This document shows positions 17,584 to 27,376 of a stretch of 35,115 nt of DNA, in pieces. A program made the position numbers and the translations under genes. Under the pieces are notes generated by a model, which saw only the letters and a program-made list of their open reading frames with translations, searched no databases and was not told the origin of the DNA. Positions within the stretch are counted from its first letter, which is position 1. Every line of letters begins with the position of its first letter. Origin of the DNA: Candidatus Omnitrophica bacterium CG1_02_40_15 (GTDB taxonomy: Bacteria > Omnitrophota > Gorgyraeia > Gorgyraeales > Gorgyraeaceae); contig MNVP01000085.1 in NCBI GenBank assembly GCA_001871815.1, positions 1 to 35,115 of the forward strand, given 5' to 3'.

Positions 17584-18315
17584 TTATTTCTTTTTCTTGC
17601 TCTCCCTAGGCTTCGGTGGTTTAAACAAAAGCTTCCACGGATTCTGTTTAATATCCAATATCATTTCGTCAATATGATTGTACAGCGTGTCATCAGACAT
17701 AAGCCTTCCGATTGTGCCCTTACCCTGCTTGGCATAAGATAAAAAATCCCTTAGGTCTCCGCTCAACGCCTCCATATTATTAACTGTATTTTTTAAAGAC
17801 ACTCTTAAACTATCGTCTCCTACAATCTTATTCACGGATTCTGTAAGAGCGCCTATTTTCCCTATAAGTTCCTTAGTGGACCTGGCAATTTCTTCTGTTG
17901 ATATAGGGTCACATCCTCTAAGAGTGTCTCCTTTTTGCAGAAGCCTTGCGTCCCTGGTGCCAGGGGAAATTTCCAGATATTTTTCTCCCAGAAGCCCCAG
18001 CGTATTAATAGATGCCTTTGCGTTTTCATTAATCCATGTATTCTGAGATACCCACACAGTTAGCTTAACAAAGGGCTTATTTTCCTTTTCATCAAAATAA
18101 ATATTTATCTCCTGCACCTCGCCCACCTGAACCCCTGAATAACGCACAGGCGCGCCTATGCCTATGCCATTTGCAAAGCTGAAGACTACATTAAGGGTAT
18201 ATCCGCGCTTGACGCTGTAAAAATTTCCTATAGAAAATATTATTACGGACAATATAACTATCCCTATGAAAATAAATATACCCACTTTCAGCTCAAAATT
18301 CATGCGTGTAAACAT
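17584..18315 (-). CDS. mlaD: MCE/MlaD family protein
   Basis: N-terminal TM, GIGAPVRYSGVQVGEV, GLLGEKYLEI, helical C-terminal region. Confidence 0.88.
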   Translation of the reverse strand: MFTRMNFELKVGIFIFIGIVILSVIIFSIGNFYSVKRGYTLNVVFSFANGIGIGAPVRYSGVQVGEVQEINIYFDEKENKPFVKLTVWVSQNTWINENAKASINTLGLLGEKYLEISPGTRDARLLQKGDTLRGCDPISTEEIARSTKELIGKIGALTESVNKIVGDDSLRVSLKNTVNNMEALSGDLRDFLSYAKQGKGTIGRLMSDDTLYNHIDEMILDIKQNPWKLLFKPPKPRESKKKK

Positions 18316-18341
18316 TTTACCCCCTTTATATTACATGCTAT

Positions 18342-18456
18342 CGCTGAACTACGCAGAACTTAACGCGGAATTACGCTGAAACTACATGCTAATTTCCGCG
18401 TTTTTCCGCGTCTGCTCCGAGTAAAACTAGGAGCAGCTTCTGCGTTATTCCGCGAT
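18342..18456. repeat. Family D decamer-array hairpin (ACGCNGAA units)
   Basis: Four (A)CGC[TAG]GAA units, then four TTC[CT]GCG units with inserted hairpin CTGCTCC-GAGTAAAACTA-GGAGCAG. Matches 31040-31180. Confidence 0.87.
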
Positions 18457-18458
18457 TA

Positions 18459-19208
18459 TTACGCGTCTTCTGTAATCGGCCCTTTTGCCGCTCCTGTTAT
18501 AAACTGTTTTACTATCGGATCTTTTGTATTCTTAATTTCATCAGGCGTCCCAATAGTTATAATCTTCCCTTTATATAACATCGCTATCCTGTCAGCTATT
18601 TTAAAAGCGCTGACCATGTCATGAGTTACAACTATGGATGTTACGTTCAATTTATTATTCAAATCTACGATAAGGCCATTTATCGCATCAGCCATTATTG
18701 GATCTAATCCTGTAGTCGGCTCATCGTATAATATAATCTTTGGGTTATTGCAGATCGCTCGCGCAAGCCCTACCCTTTTTTTCATCCCTCCGCTTAGCTC
18801 GCTAGGCATCAGATTCTCTATGCCCTTTAAACCCACAAGCTCCAGAGCATCTGCAACTTTTTTCCGAATCTCTGAGCCTGAAATAACAGTATGCTCTCTT
18901 AATTTAAATCCTACATTCTCTCCCACTGTCATTGAATCAAATAAAGCAGCGCCCTGGAAAAGCATTCCGAAGCTAAGCCTAAGCTTATCCATCTCGTATT
19001 CTTCAAGCCTTGTCATATCGTTCCCATCTATAATAACCTGGCCCATATCAGGTTTTATAAGCCCTATTATATGCTTTAATAGCACGCTTTTCCCGCAGCC
19101 TGAACGGCCTATTATAACAATTCTCTCGCTTGAATTTATAATAAGATTCAGATTATCTAATACCTTTGAGCTAGTGAATGATTTGGAAAGATTTATGATT
19201 TCTATCAT
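18459..19208 (-). CDS. mlaF: ABC ATPase of Mla/MCE system
   Basis: GRSGCGKS, FQGAALFDS, LSGGMKKRV, YDEPTTGLDP, VTHD; adjacent to mlaD. Confidence 0.9.
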   Translation of the reverse strand: MIEIINLSKSFTSSKVLDNLNLIINSSERIVIIGRSGCGKSVLLKHIIGLIKPDMGQVIIDGNDMTRLEEYEMDKLRLSFGMLFQGAALFDSMTVGENVGFKLREHTVISGSEIRKKVADALELVGLKGIENLMPSELSGGMKKRVGLARAICNNPKIILYDEPTTGLDPIMADAINGLIVDLNNKLNVTSIVVTHDMVSAFKIADRIAMLYKGKIITIGTPDEIKNTKDPIVKQFITGAAKGPITEDA

Positions 19209-19213
19209 ATTCT

Positions 19214-19290
19214 TAGCGTAGAGCGTTTAGCGTATAGCGTATAGGGATAATAGCTATTATTATCCGCTATACGCTCTACGCTATCCGCTA
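19214..19290. repeat. Family A heptamer-array hairpin
   Basis: tagcgta gagcgtt tagcgta tagcgta tag, palindromic spacer ATAATAGCTATTAT, then tccgcta tacgctc tacgcta tccgcta. Last CTA is the ruvB stop. Confidence 0.9.
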
Positions 19291-20328
19291 AAACAACTCT
19301 TTCTGCGCTTCCTTTTTATACGGCACCTTTAAATGATCGTATGCCAGTTTTGTAACTTCCCTGCCCCTTGGCGTCCGCTTAAGAAATCCTATTTTCAATA
19401 AAAACGGCTCCACGACATCTACTATGGTATCGCTCTCTTCATTCAGGGTTGCGGCAAGCGATTCTATGCCCACCGGCCCACCGTCATAAAAATCAATTAT
19501 TGCTTTCATGACTTTTCTATCTATGTCATCCAGGCCCGCGTTATCTATCCTGTGCGACGCAAGGCCGGCAATAGCAATCTCCTTGTCTACCTTCTTATTG
19601 CCTTTTACTTCGCTGTAATCCCTTACTCTTCTTAAGAGCCTGTTGGCTACGCGGGGCGTGCCGCGCGAACGGCTCGCAATCTCAATAGCTGCGTCTTCAT
19701 TAAGAGGTATATTTAAAAGTTCTGCGGACCGCTCTATTATTTTTACCAGGTCATCCGCCTCATAAAATTCAAGGTGGTAAAACATGCCGAACCTGCTTCT
19801 TAAAGGCGCGCTCAATAATCCTGCGCGGGTTGTAGCGCCGATAAGCGTAAATCTTTTTAAATTGAACTTTATGGTCTTTGCGTAAGGCCCTTTATCTATA
19901 AGAAAATCTATCTGAAAATTTTCCATAGCAGGGTATATAAATTCTTCTACAACCTTTGACAGCCTGTGAATCTCATCGATAAAAAGTATATCTCTCTCGC
20001 CAAGATTAGTAAGAATCCCTATAAGATCTCCTGCCCTTTCTATAGCGGGCCCTGAGGTAGCGGTAATCTTGGCTCCCATCTCGCGGCTTATGATATGGGC
20101 AAGCGTTGTCTTTCCCAACCCAGGGGGGCCTGAAAGCAGAATATGCTCAAGGCCTTCTTTTCTTTTTTTTGCCGCCTTTATTGCGATATTTACATTTTCG
20201 ATTACATGCTTCTGGCCTATAAAATTCTTGAAACTGTCAGGCCTCAAGGAAATATTACATACTGCCTCTTCCTCTGCTTCCTGGCCGGTAATCAGTCGTT
20301 CGCGATCGTCTTTATTATTTTCTATCAT
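19288..20328 (-). CDS. ruvB: Holliday junction branch migration helicase RuvB
   Basis: SLRP, GPPGLGKTT, FIDEIHR, GATTRAG, RGTPR, RTPRGR. Confidence 0.97.
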   Translation of the reverse strand: MIENNKDDRERLITGQEAEEEAVCNISLRPDSFKNFIGQKHVIENVNIAIKAAKKRKEGLEHILLSGPPGLGKTTLAHIISREMGAKITATSGPAIERAGDLIGILTNLGERDILFIDEIHRLSKVVEEFIYPAMENFQIDFLIDKGPYAKTIKFNLKRFTLIGATTRAGLLSAPLRSRFGMFYHLEFYEADDLVKIIERSAELLNIPLNEDAAIEIASRSRGTPRVANRLLRRVRDYSEVKGNKKVDKEIAIAGLASHRIDNAGLDDIDRKVMKAIIDFYDGGPVGIESLAATLNEESDTIVDVVEPFLLKIGFLKRTPRGREVTKLAYDHLKVPYKKEAQKELF

Positions 20329-20338
20329 ATACCTTTAT

Positions 20339-20415
20339 TAGCGTATAGCGTAGAGCGTTTAGCGGATAGGTCTTTTTGCATGGAATTTTTTTTATACGCT
20401 CTACGCTAAACGCTA
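20339..20415. repeat. Family A heptamer-array hairpin with the same spacer as the 15627 copy
   Basis: tagcgta tagcgta gagcgtt tagcgga tag-GTCTTTTTGCATGGAATTTTTTT-ta tacgctc tacgcta aacgcta. Last CTA is the ruvA stop. Confidence 0.9.
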
Positions 20416-21042
20416 TTTTTTAGACTTCTGTTTGTACACCTCATTCAGAAGATCCTCTGCTGTCTTTATCTCCGGATTGCGTTTTAATGCTTCATCCAGC
20501 ATATTTTTGGCTTCGAATTTTTTATACTGTAGCTGCAATAAAACGCCCATTGCCTCTTCTTCTATCCCATGCTTGAGCGTAAAGGCTCTAGCTCCATTTC
20601 TAGTATCCTGGATAAGCCCGAATTTTCCCACCTTACCCTGAAGTTTTGCCACAATCTCTCTTGCTCTCTGCTCTCCAATGCCGGGCAGGGACTTTAAAAA
20701 AGGCACATCGGCCGTATCGATTGCCTGGGCAATCATGGATATAGGCATCTTCAATGCCCTTACAGCAGCCTTTGGCCCGATACCTGACACTGTTATAAAC
20801 TTTTCAAAAAATTCTTTTTCTATTTCATTCAGAAAACCTATCAGGCATTGGAACCCTTTGGATGGTTCCAGCTGAAAATAATGGTATGTGATAAGAGAAA
20901 TAACCCCATCCGGTTGTACGCTATTTTCAAGGCATTGCATCACAGCGCCTGGAATAAATACTTCATAACACATCCCATTTACATCCAGCAATATTGACTC
21001 TTCTTTTTTTTCTAATAACTTACCTGTAATTCTGCAAATCAT
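20413..21042 (-). CDS. ruvA: Holliday junction DNA-binding protein RuvA
   Basis: MICRITG start, VSGIGPK and LPGIG HhH motifs; between ruvC and ruvB. Confidence 0.92.
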   Translation of the reverse strand: MICRITGKLLEKKEESILLDVNGMCYEVFIPGAVMQCLENSVQPDGVISLITYHYFQLEPSKGFQCLIGFLNEIEKEFFEKFITVSGIGPKAAVRALKMPISMIAQAIDTADVPFLKSLPGIGEQRAREIVAKLQGKVGKFGLIQDTRNGARAFTLKHGIEEEAMGVLLQLQYKKFEAKNMLDEALKRNPEIKTAEDLLNEVYKQKSKK

Positions 21043-21520
21043 TTCTATGCCCCCATATATTGGCATGCGTAATTGCAAGAGCCAGAGCATCTGTAACATC
21101 AACTGGTTCAGGTGGATTCTTTAACCCCAATAAACTTGTAACAGTTCTCTGCACCTGTTCTTTTGAAGCTCTGCCGCGTCCAGTAATCGCTTTTTTTATC
21201 TTCGTAGTAGGGTAATTCACAAGCAAGACATCCTGATGCTCAACTGCAAGGCATATCGCGCCCCGCGCGTGAGCCATCAGTATGGAAGTCTTCGGATGTT
21301 TGTAATGAGAATACAGCTCTTCCAAAACCACTGCCTCAGGCAATGTATCTTTTATTAAGTTCATGACTTTTTTATAAATACTGGCCAGTCTTTTTTCCAT
21401 CTTATCTTTTGCATTAGACCTTATAATGCCAGCTTCCATCAATTTGACATTATTGCCGCATGCATCTATGAGGCCGTAACCTGTAATTCCAAGACCTGGA
21501 TCTATCCCCAGAATTCTCAT
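21020..21520 (-). CDS. ruvC: Crossover junction endodeoxyribonuclease RuvC
   Basis: ILGIDPG, KKAITGRGRASKEQV, DVTDALALA. Confidence 0.95.
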   Translation of the reverse strand: MRILGIDPGLGITGYGLIDACGNNVKLMEAGIIRSNAKDKMEKRLASIYKKVMNLIKDTLPEAVVLEELYSHYKHPKTSILMAHARGAICLAVEHQDVLLVNYPTTKIKKAITGRGRASKEQVQRTVTSLLGLKNPPEPVDVTDALALAITHANIWGHRNDLQNYR

Positions 21521-21528
21521 TATGCCTT

Positions 21529-22311
21529 TTACGGAAATATAAAATAAAATAGCGCGGTGAAAAGACAGTCAGCCGCGATTATTAAAATAAACGAAATAAC
21601 AACAGAGCGGGTTGTGGCCTTTCCTACTCCCTCGGCCCCGCCCTCTGTAATAAAACCTTCATAGCATGAAACTATGCATATAATTATTGCGAATATAAGC
21701 GACTTAAAAAGCCCTGTGAATAAATCCTTGAACGCAAGCGTATCGAATGTCATTTTCCAGTATATGGTAGAACCTATCAGAAGCTTATAAACTCCTATCA
21801 TATATCCGCCTATTATACCTATAAAATCTGCGTAAACTGTAAGCAAGGGGAGCATAATACATAGCGCGAGAAACCGCGGCACAACAAGGTATTTCACGGG
21901 ATTTGCGGCAAGGGTCTTCAAAGCATCTATTTGCTCGCTCACCTTCATTGTCCCGAGTTCTGCAGTGATACTGGCCCCTACCCTGCCCGCAATAACAAGC
22001 GCTGTCAAAACAGGCCCGAGTTCCCTGAGCATAGAAAGCGCCACAAGGCTTGATATATACATCTGAGCGTTCATTTTTGTCAACTGATACGCGCTCTGAA
22101 GCGCCAGCACCATTCCTGTGAATAGCGCAACCATAAAAACTATAGGAAAACTCATGACGCCTATCTTGTGCATCTGTATAATCCATTCTTTTTTTCTGAA
22201 AGGCAGGACAAATACCTGAAATATCGTGCCGACCATCAGAGTAAATGTGCCGCCTATATAAATAAAAAAATTCAGCGCTTTTTTACCCAGATTATTTATC
22301 CACTCTTTCAT
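21529..22311 (-). CDS. mlaE: MlaE-family ABC permease
   Basis: RELGPVLTAL, AGRVG, AELGTMKVSEQIDAL, GGAEGVGKATT. Confidence 0.93.
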   Translation of the reverse strand: MKEWINNLGKKALNFFIYIGGTFTLMVGTIFQVFVLPFRKKEWIIQMHKIGVMSFPIVFMVALFTGMVLALQSAYQLTKMNAQMYISSLVALSMLRELGPVLTALVIAGRVGASITAELGTMKVSEQIDALKTLAANPVKYLVVPRFLALCIMLPLLTVYADFIGIIGGYMIGVYKLLIGSTIYWKMTFDTLAFKDLFTGLFKSLIFAIIICIVSCYEGFITEGGAEGVGKATTRSVVISFILIIAADCLFTALFYFIFP

Positions 22312-22315
22312 AATT

Positions 22316-22490
22316 AATGAGCGCTTGACTTATGGAGCGAGTAAAACGAGCGAACATAAGTCAATGCGCGAATTAATCCCGCCCTTTTGAATAGCAAGCT
22401 GAGAAACCTTGCTAAAAGGGCGGGATAAGTTCGGACAAATAAGTTACGTCACATACTTCTTGGAATAGGGCTCCGTAACTTATGTCCTCA
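22316..22490. repeat. Family B three-hairpin element, copy 1
   Basis: AATGAG..TTGACTTATG/CATAAGTCAA..CGAATT, then ATCCCGCCCTTTT..AAAAGGGCGGGAT, then TTCGGAC..ATAAGTTACG/CGTAACTTAT..GTCCTCA. Confidence 0.92.
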
Positions 22491-22491
22491 C

Positions 22492-23484
22492 TTAAAATCT
22501 CTTTTTATGCTCTATGCCAAAAAATTCTTCATTTTCTTTTAATTTCATCTGAAATACCTGGCCATTATCCAGCTTGTATTCCAGGCTCATCTCGTCCAGA
22601 TTGTCCCTTTTTTTATAAGGGGGCAATTCTTCTCTAGCGAATGTCTTAAACCCAACTGATACCTTGTCGCCGATATCCTTAACCATCTTAAGGCTATCGT
22701 AGCCATCTTTACTTATATCCCAGCCGTCCCATACTATTGTTTTCATATCAGACTTCAGTTTTATGTAACTCAGGAGATCAGAGCCCACAACATTTCTCAG
22801 GTCTATATAACCTTCCATTGTAAAAGTAGCCTGAGCCTGCTTGATCCTGGAAGCCACTATGTTGATTATAGGCCCTATGCCCTGTATTCTTATATCAGCG
22901 GAATCATACCATATAGGGCCTATCTTCCCAGATCTAGAGCTTATAAAACCGCTTGATTGGAGGTTATTGAGCGGGCCTTTTATATTGAAAAGTCCGTTCA
23001 TGACGCCAGTCACAACGCCTGGCCTTTTTGCCTTTGTCATTATTGCAATATCTTTTAAGTTCGCCCTGAGTATTTCAAAATATATATTTGTTTCAAACTG
23101 CTTTTTTAATCTTACAGTGCCTTTTAAACGATATGCATTTCCAAAATTCAGAGAATAGGCCTCAAACTTATCTTTTGTAAGCTTGAAGAATACCTTTAAA
23201 TCCGGCAACGCGCTTGAATTTATGGTCATATTGCTGGAATAAAGTTTCCCAGTCAGGCCATTATCTTTTAACACCTTGGCCTTTAAAATAAAATTGCCGG
23301 ATAGGATCGCGCCTTTAATATCCAGATTGTCTATTTTTAATTCTGAAACCAACTCTTTATTGTCAAAGAGATAAAGATTCAGAGAAACTGCTTTATCGAT
23401 TCCTAAATCTATCGCTCTGGCGCTGGCTGTAACAACAAAGATTGAGCTTGCAGCCAATGCTATGATCTTTAAATTATATTTCAT
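22492..23484 (-). CDS. Exported beta-rich hypothetical protein (possibly AsmA/TamB-like)
   Basis: 330-aa ORF in operon orientation; signal peptide-like N-terminus (ASARA); alternating hydrophobic/Gly beta pattern; C-terminal Phe. Family assignment is inference. Confidence 0.7.
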   Translation of the reverse strand: MKYNLKIIALAASSIFVVTASARAIDLGIDKAVSLNLYLFDNKELVSELKIDNLDIKGAILSGNFILKAKVLKDNGLTGKLYSSNMTINSSALPDLKVFFKLTKDKFEAYSLNFGNAYRLKGTVRLKKQFETNIYFEILRANLKDIAIMTKAKRPGVVTGVMNGLFNIKGPLNNLQSSGFISSRSGKIGPIWYDSADIRIQGIGPIINIVASRIKQAQATFTMEGYIDLRNVVGSDLLSYIKLKSDMKTIVWDGWDISKDGYDSLKMVKDIGDKVSVGFKTFAREELPPYKKRDNLDEMSLEYKLDNGQVFQMKLKENEEFFGIEHKKRF

Positions 23485-23495
23485 ATATAAACATG

Positions 23496-23598
23496 TACTT
23501 CTCGACTCTGCTCTCTTGATATGCTATCGTGACCGCTCGAAGAATAATATTGTTCGAGCGGACGTCATTGCCATACTTGTAAGTTCAGTCGAGAACTA
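23496..23598. repeat. Family C element
   Basis: TACTTCTCGACT-arm1-CGCTCGAAGAATAATATTGTTCGAGCG-arm2-AGTCGAGAACTA. Confidence 0.9.
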
Positions 23599-23605
23599 TC
23601 TGTAA

Positions 23606-26062
23606 TTATTTTAATACAAGCTTCCCGTTCTCTGCAGTCACCTTTACAGGTTTCCCTTTTTCAAAACGTTTTGAGATAATTTCCTCTGCCAAAGGATCTT
23701 CCAGAAATCTTTGTATAGTACGCTTCAAAGGCCTTACGCCAAAAATAGGGTCAAAACCTTTCTCTATCAAAAAGTCTTTTGCCGACTGGTCAAGGCTTAT
23801 ATCCACAGACTGCTCTTTCAGCCTGGCCTTAACCTCTTCCATCTCTATTTCTATAATCTTATAGAGATCCTCTTTTGTAAGCGGATGGAATACTATTATA
23901 TCGTCAATCCTGTTTAAAAATTCAGGTTTAAATGTTTTTTTAACCTGATCCAGAAGCCTTTCTTTCATATCCTTGTAAGTGACTTCCTGGGATTCTGATT
24001 TAAAACCAAGGGAACCCTGTTTCCTGAATATCTCTGCTCCAACATTGGATGTCATGATAAGTATTGTATTTCTAAAGTCCACTTTTCTGCCGAAACTATC
24101 TGTAAGGCGCCCGTCTTCCAGAACCTGAAGCAGTATATTAAACACATCAGGGTGAGCCTTTTCTATTTCATCCAAAAGTACGACTGAGTAAGGCCTGCGC
24201 CTGACTTTTTCTGTAAGCTGTCCGCCTTCTTCATAGCCTACATATCCGGGAGGCGCTCCTACAAGCCTCGACACATTAAATTTTTCCATGTACTCAGACA
24301 TATCAAGTTGTATGAGCGCATCTTCATTGCCGAACATGAATTCTGCAAGGACTCGCCCCAAATGGGTTTTGCCTACGCCTGTAGGCCCAAGGAATATAAA
24401 AGAGCCTATCGGCTTCTTTGGATCCTTTATGCCCGCGCGCGAACGCCTGACTGCATGGGCAATAGCGCTTATAGGCTCATCCTGGCCAATTACCCTATTG
24501 TGCAGCTCTTCTTCCATCTTCATAAGCCTTTCAGACTCTTTTTCTTCAAGCCTGAAAATGGGTATGCCTGTCCATTTTGAAACTATATTGGCGATCATTT
24601 CTTCGTCAACCTTTGGCCTGGCTTCCATCCTGGATTTTTTCCATTCCTCGCGCGTCTTGTCTAGCCTTAGCCTGGCTTTCTTCTCCTCATCCCTCAGATT
24701 AGCGGCTTTTTCAAAATCCTGGTTTTTTATCGCAGAATCTTTTTCTTTATGGATATTCTCTATCTCGCTCTCCATATCCTTTATTTCCTTAGGAGCAGTC
24801 ATAATGGAAAGCCTGGCCTTTGCGCCTGCTTCATCTATCAAGTCTATAGCCTTGTCAGGTAAAAACCTTCCTGCGATATACCTGTCCGAAAATTTGGCTG
24901 CAGCATCTACCGCAGAATCCGTAATCTCAACTCTATGATGAGCTTCATACCTGTCCCTGAGGCCTTTTAGTATTTCCACTGTTTCATTGACACTGGGAGG
25001 TTCAACCATAATTGTCTGAAAACGCCTTTCAAGCGCAGCGTCTTTTTCTATGTGTTTTCTGTACTCATCCAAGGTAGTTGCTCCTATACACTGTATCTCG
25101 CCTCTTGAAAGAGCGGGTTTCAGTATATTTGAAGCGTCTATTGCGCCTTCTGCGCCTCCGGCCCCAACCAGAGTGTGTAATTCATCAATAAAAATAATCA
25201 CATTTTCAGACCTCTTTATCTCATCCATTACTGCTTTTATTCTCTCTTCAAACTGGCCTCTATATTTTGTGCCAGCTACCATAAGCGCAAGATCCAGGAT
25301 TATCACCTTTTTATCCTTTAATATTTCAGGCACATCGCCTTTCACTATATTTTGCGCAAGGCCCTCTACTATTGCTGTTTTCCCGACACCTGCCTCGCCT
25401 AAGAGCACTGGATTATTTTTTGTGCGCCTTGAAAGTATCTGGATAACCCTTTCTATTTCGTTCTCTCTCCCTATTACAGGGTCTAATTTATTGTCGCGCG
25501 CAAGTTGAGTCAGGTTTCTGCCAAACGCGTCAAGCGCAGGAGTTCTAGAGCCTGTTCTCTGCTGCGAAGCATGGCCTGCTACTTGAGCCTGTCCTTGCTG
25601 ATGGCCTCCGAAACCAGGCTGCATGTTAGAGCCTAAAAGCTCTGCTATCTCTTCTCTAACTTTATTCAGATCAAGCCCAAGATTTACCAGCACCTGAGAC
25701 GCAACGCCTTCACCCTCTCTTATAAGGCCTAATAAAATATGCTCTGTGCCTATATAGTTATGGCCGAGAGACCTTGCCTCTTCGCTTGAAAGCTCTATGA
25801 CTTTTTTAGCTGTAGGAGTGAAAGGTATGTCCCCTGAGACAACTGTAGGCGGGCCTGGTTTCACAATCTTTTCTATCTCCATCCTTATCTGCTGTAGATT
25901 TAGGCCCATTTTTTGAAGCACGACTGCAGCCACGCCTTCCCCTTCTCTTAAAAGCCCAAGCAATATATGCTCAGTGCCTATATAATCGTGATTAAACCTC
26001 TTCGCCTCTTCTTTTGCTAAAAGTATGACTTTCCTCGCGCGTTCTGTGAATCTGTTGAACAT
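23606..26062 (-). CDS. clpC: ATP-dependent Clp protease ATPase ClpC
   Basis: [10 protein letters not shown], two Clp-N repeats, GEAGVGKT and [11 protein letters not shown] middle domain, [12 protein letters not shown] loop; AAGGAGGG SD. Confidence 0.97.
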   Translation of the reverse strand: MFNRFTERARKVILLAKEEAKRFNHDYIGTEHILLGLLREGEGVAAVVLQKMGLNLQQIRMEIEKIVKPGPPTVVSGDIPFTPTAKKVIELSSEEARSLGHNYIGTEHILLGLIREGEGVASQVLVNLGLDLNKVREEIAELLGSNMQPGFGGHQQGQAQVAGHASQQRTGSRTPALDAFGRNLTQLARDNKLDPVIGRENEIERVIQILSRRTKNNPVLLGEAGVGKTAIVEGLAQNIVKGDVPEILKDKKVIILDLALMVAGTKYRGQFEERIKAVMDEIKRSENVIIFIDELHTLVGAGGAEGAIDASNILKPALSRGEIQCIGATTLDEYRKHIEKDAALERRFQTIMVEPPSVNETVEILKGLRDRYEAHHRVEITDSAVDAAAKFSDRYIAGRFLPDKAIDLIDEAGAKARLSIMTAPKEIKDMESEIENIHKEKDSAIKNQDFEKAANLRDEEKKARLRLDKTREEWKKSRMEARPKVDEEMIANIVSKWTGIPIFRLEEKESERLMKMEEELHNRVIGQDEPISAIAHAVRRSRAGIKDPKKPIGSFIFLGPTGVGKTHLGRVLAEFMFGNEDALIQLDMSEYMEKFNVSRLVGAPPGYVGYEEGGQLTEKVRRRPYSVVLLDEIEKAHPDVFNILLQVLEDGRLTDSFGRKVDFRNTILIMTSNVGAEIFRKQGSLGFKSESQEVTYKDMKERLLDQVKKTFKPEFLNRIDDIIVFHPLTKEDLYKIIEIEMEEVKARLKEQSVDISLDQSAKDFLIEKGFDPIFGVRPLKRTIQRFLEDPLAEEIISKRFEKGKPVKVTAENGKLVLK

Positions 26063-26078
26063 GATCAAACCCTCCTTA

Positions 26079-26138
26079 TAGCGTTTAGCGTATAGCGGAT
26101 AGGAAAACTATACGCTAAACGCTATACGCTATCCGCTA
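26079..26138. repeat. Family A heptamer-array hairpin
   Basis: tagcgtt tagcgta tagcgga tag-gaaaa-cta tacgcta aacgcta tacgcta tccgcta. Confidence 0.9.
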
Positions 26139-26146
26139 ATCATTTA

Positions 26147-27196
26147 TTACTTCCCCAACTTCTCCCTGATTATCTCCGCCCTTTTAACGTCTCTTTGATT
26201 AGGGCTGAGTTTTTTCTTTTCCAGTTTTTGAAGGTGCGCAGGCTGAGTTATCACAAAAAGTTCATTAATAAGAGTCCTGTCTGCCTGTTTTATTACGCCT
26301 AAATCAACTCCCAGCCTTGCAAGCGAAAGAAGATTTATGGTCTCTGTGCTTGTTATTATATGGGCGCTTTTCAATGTCCCATATGCCCTCCATATCCTGT
26401 CTTCCAAGGCTTCTCTATTTTGCGAAAGAAGCGTTTCTCTAGCGCTTTGTTCGTGATCGACTATCTGTTTTATAATCCTATCTATGTTATCGATTATATC
26501 GTCCTCTTTAGGGCCCAGAGAAACCTGGTTTGATATCTGGAAAAAATTACCGCTCGCCTCCGTACCCTCCCCGTATAGGCCGCGCGCAGTCAGACTTAAT
26601 TTTGTAATAGCCTGCAGCACTTTTCCGATCTGTTTCGTCATTACAAGCGACGGCAAATGCAGCATTACAGATGCCCTCATGCCGGTCCCTGTATTTGTAG
26701 GGCAGGCTGTGAGGTAGCCGAAATCCATGGAATACGCAAAATCCAGGGAATTCCCTAATTCAGTATCTATGTCATTTATTATCTGCCATGCATCTTTTAA
26801 ATTAAAACCTGATTTCATGACCTGCATGCGCAGGTGGTCTTCTTCATTGATCATTATGCTGATGACTTCATCCTGGCCCACAGACAGGCCTTTATTTTCC
26901 GCGTCTATCATATGTTCCTTGCTCATAAGATGCCTTTCCACAAGAAATTGCTTATCTATAGAGTCCAGCTTTCCTATTTCCACAAATAATGAGTCTTTTA
27001 ATTTTTTGAGCGACAAAATACTTTCTTTTGAAGTCCAAAGGACTGCCTCCTGTTCTTTCTTGCTTGCCCAGTGAGAAAAAGGATAATTCGCAAGATTTCT
27101 TGCCAGCCTTACGCGCGAAGACATCACTATATCACAGACAGGGCCTGTGCACCTGATCCACTCGCCGGTATTATTTAAAAGATCGTCTAAGGTCAT
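26147..27196 (-). CDS. mcsB: Protein-arginine kinase McsB
   Basis: SSRVRLARN, INEEDHLR, GYLTACPTNTGTG, RGLYGEG, QPAHLQ; between mcsA and clpC. Confidence 0.95.
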   Translation of the reverse strand: MTLDDLLNNTGEWIRCTGPVCDIVMSSRVRLARNLANYPFSHWASKKEQEAVLWTSKESILSLKKLKDSLFVEIGKLDSIDKQFLVERHLMSKEHMIDAENKGLSVGQDEVISIMINEEDHLRMQVMKSGFNLKDAWQIINDIDTELGNSLDFAYSMDFGYLTACPTNTGTGMRASVMLHLPSLVMTKQIGKVLQAITKLSLTARGLYGEGTEASGNFFQISNQVSLGPKEDDIIDNIDRIIKQIVDHEQSARETLLSQNREALEDRIWRAYGTLKSAHIITSTETINLLSLARLGVDLGVIKQADRTLINELFVITQPAHLQKLEKKKLSPNQRDVKRAEIIREKLGK

Positions 27197-27208
27197 GAAT
27201 CCTCCTTC

Positions 27209-27376
27209 AATGAGCACTTGACTTACGGAACAAGCATAGCGAGTGAACGTAAGTCAATGCGCGAATTGAATCCCGCCCTTTTGAATAGCAAGTTGAGAAA
27301 AATTGCTAAAAGGGCGGGATAAATTCGGACAAATCACTTACGGAAACCATAGGTTTCCGTAAGTGATGTCCTTATT
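27209..27376. repeat. Family B element, copy 2
   Basis: Same architecture; third hairpin ATCACTTACGGAAACC-ATA-GGTTTCCGTAAGTGAT; abuts the mcsA stop. Confidence 0.92.

Noticed and set aside
25540-25625. Gln/Gly-rich segment in ClpC as another repeat insertion
   Set aside because: It falls in the normally variable linker after the Clp-N domain and shows no clear palindrome or 7-nt period.
27209-27266. Hammerhead ribozyme (TGAG-stem-CGAA resembles the core around stem II)
   Set aside because: The required CUGANGA is absent (CAAUGAG here, CUGAG at 2128), and no GAAA plus stem I/III arrangement was found.
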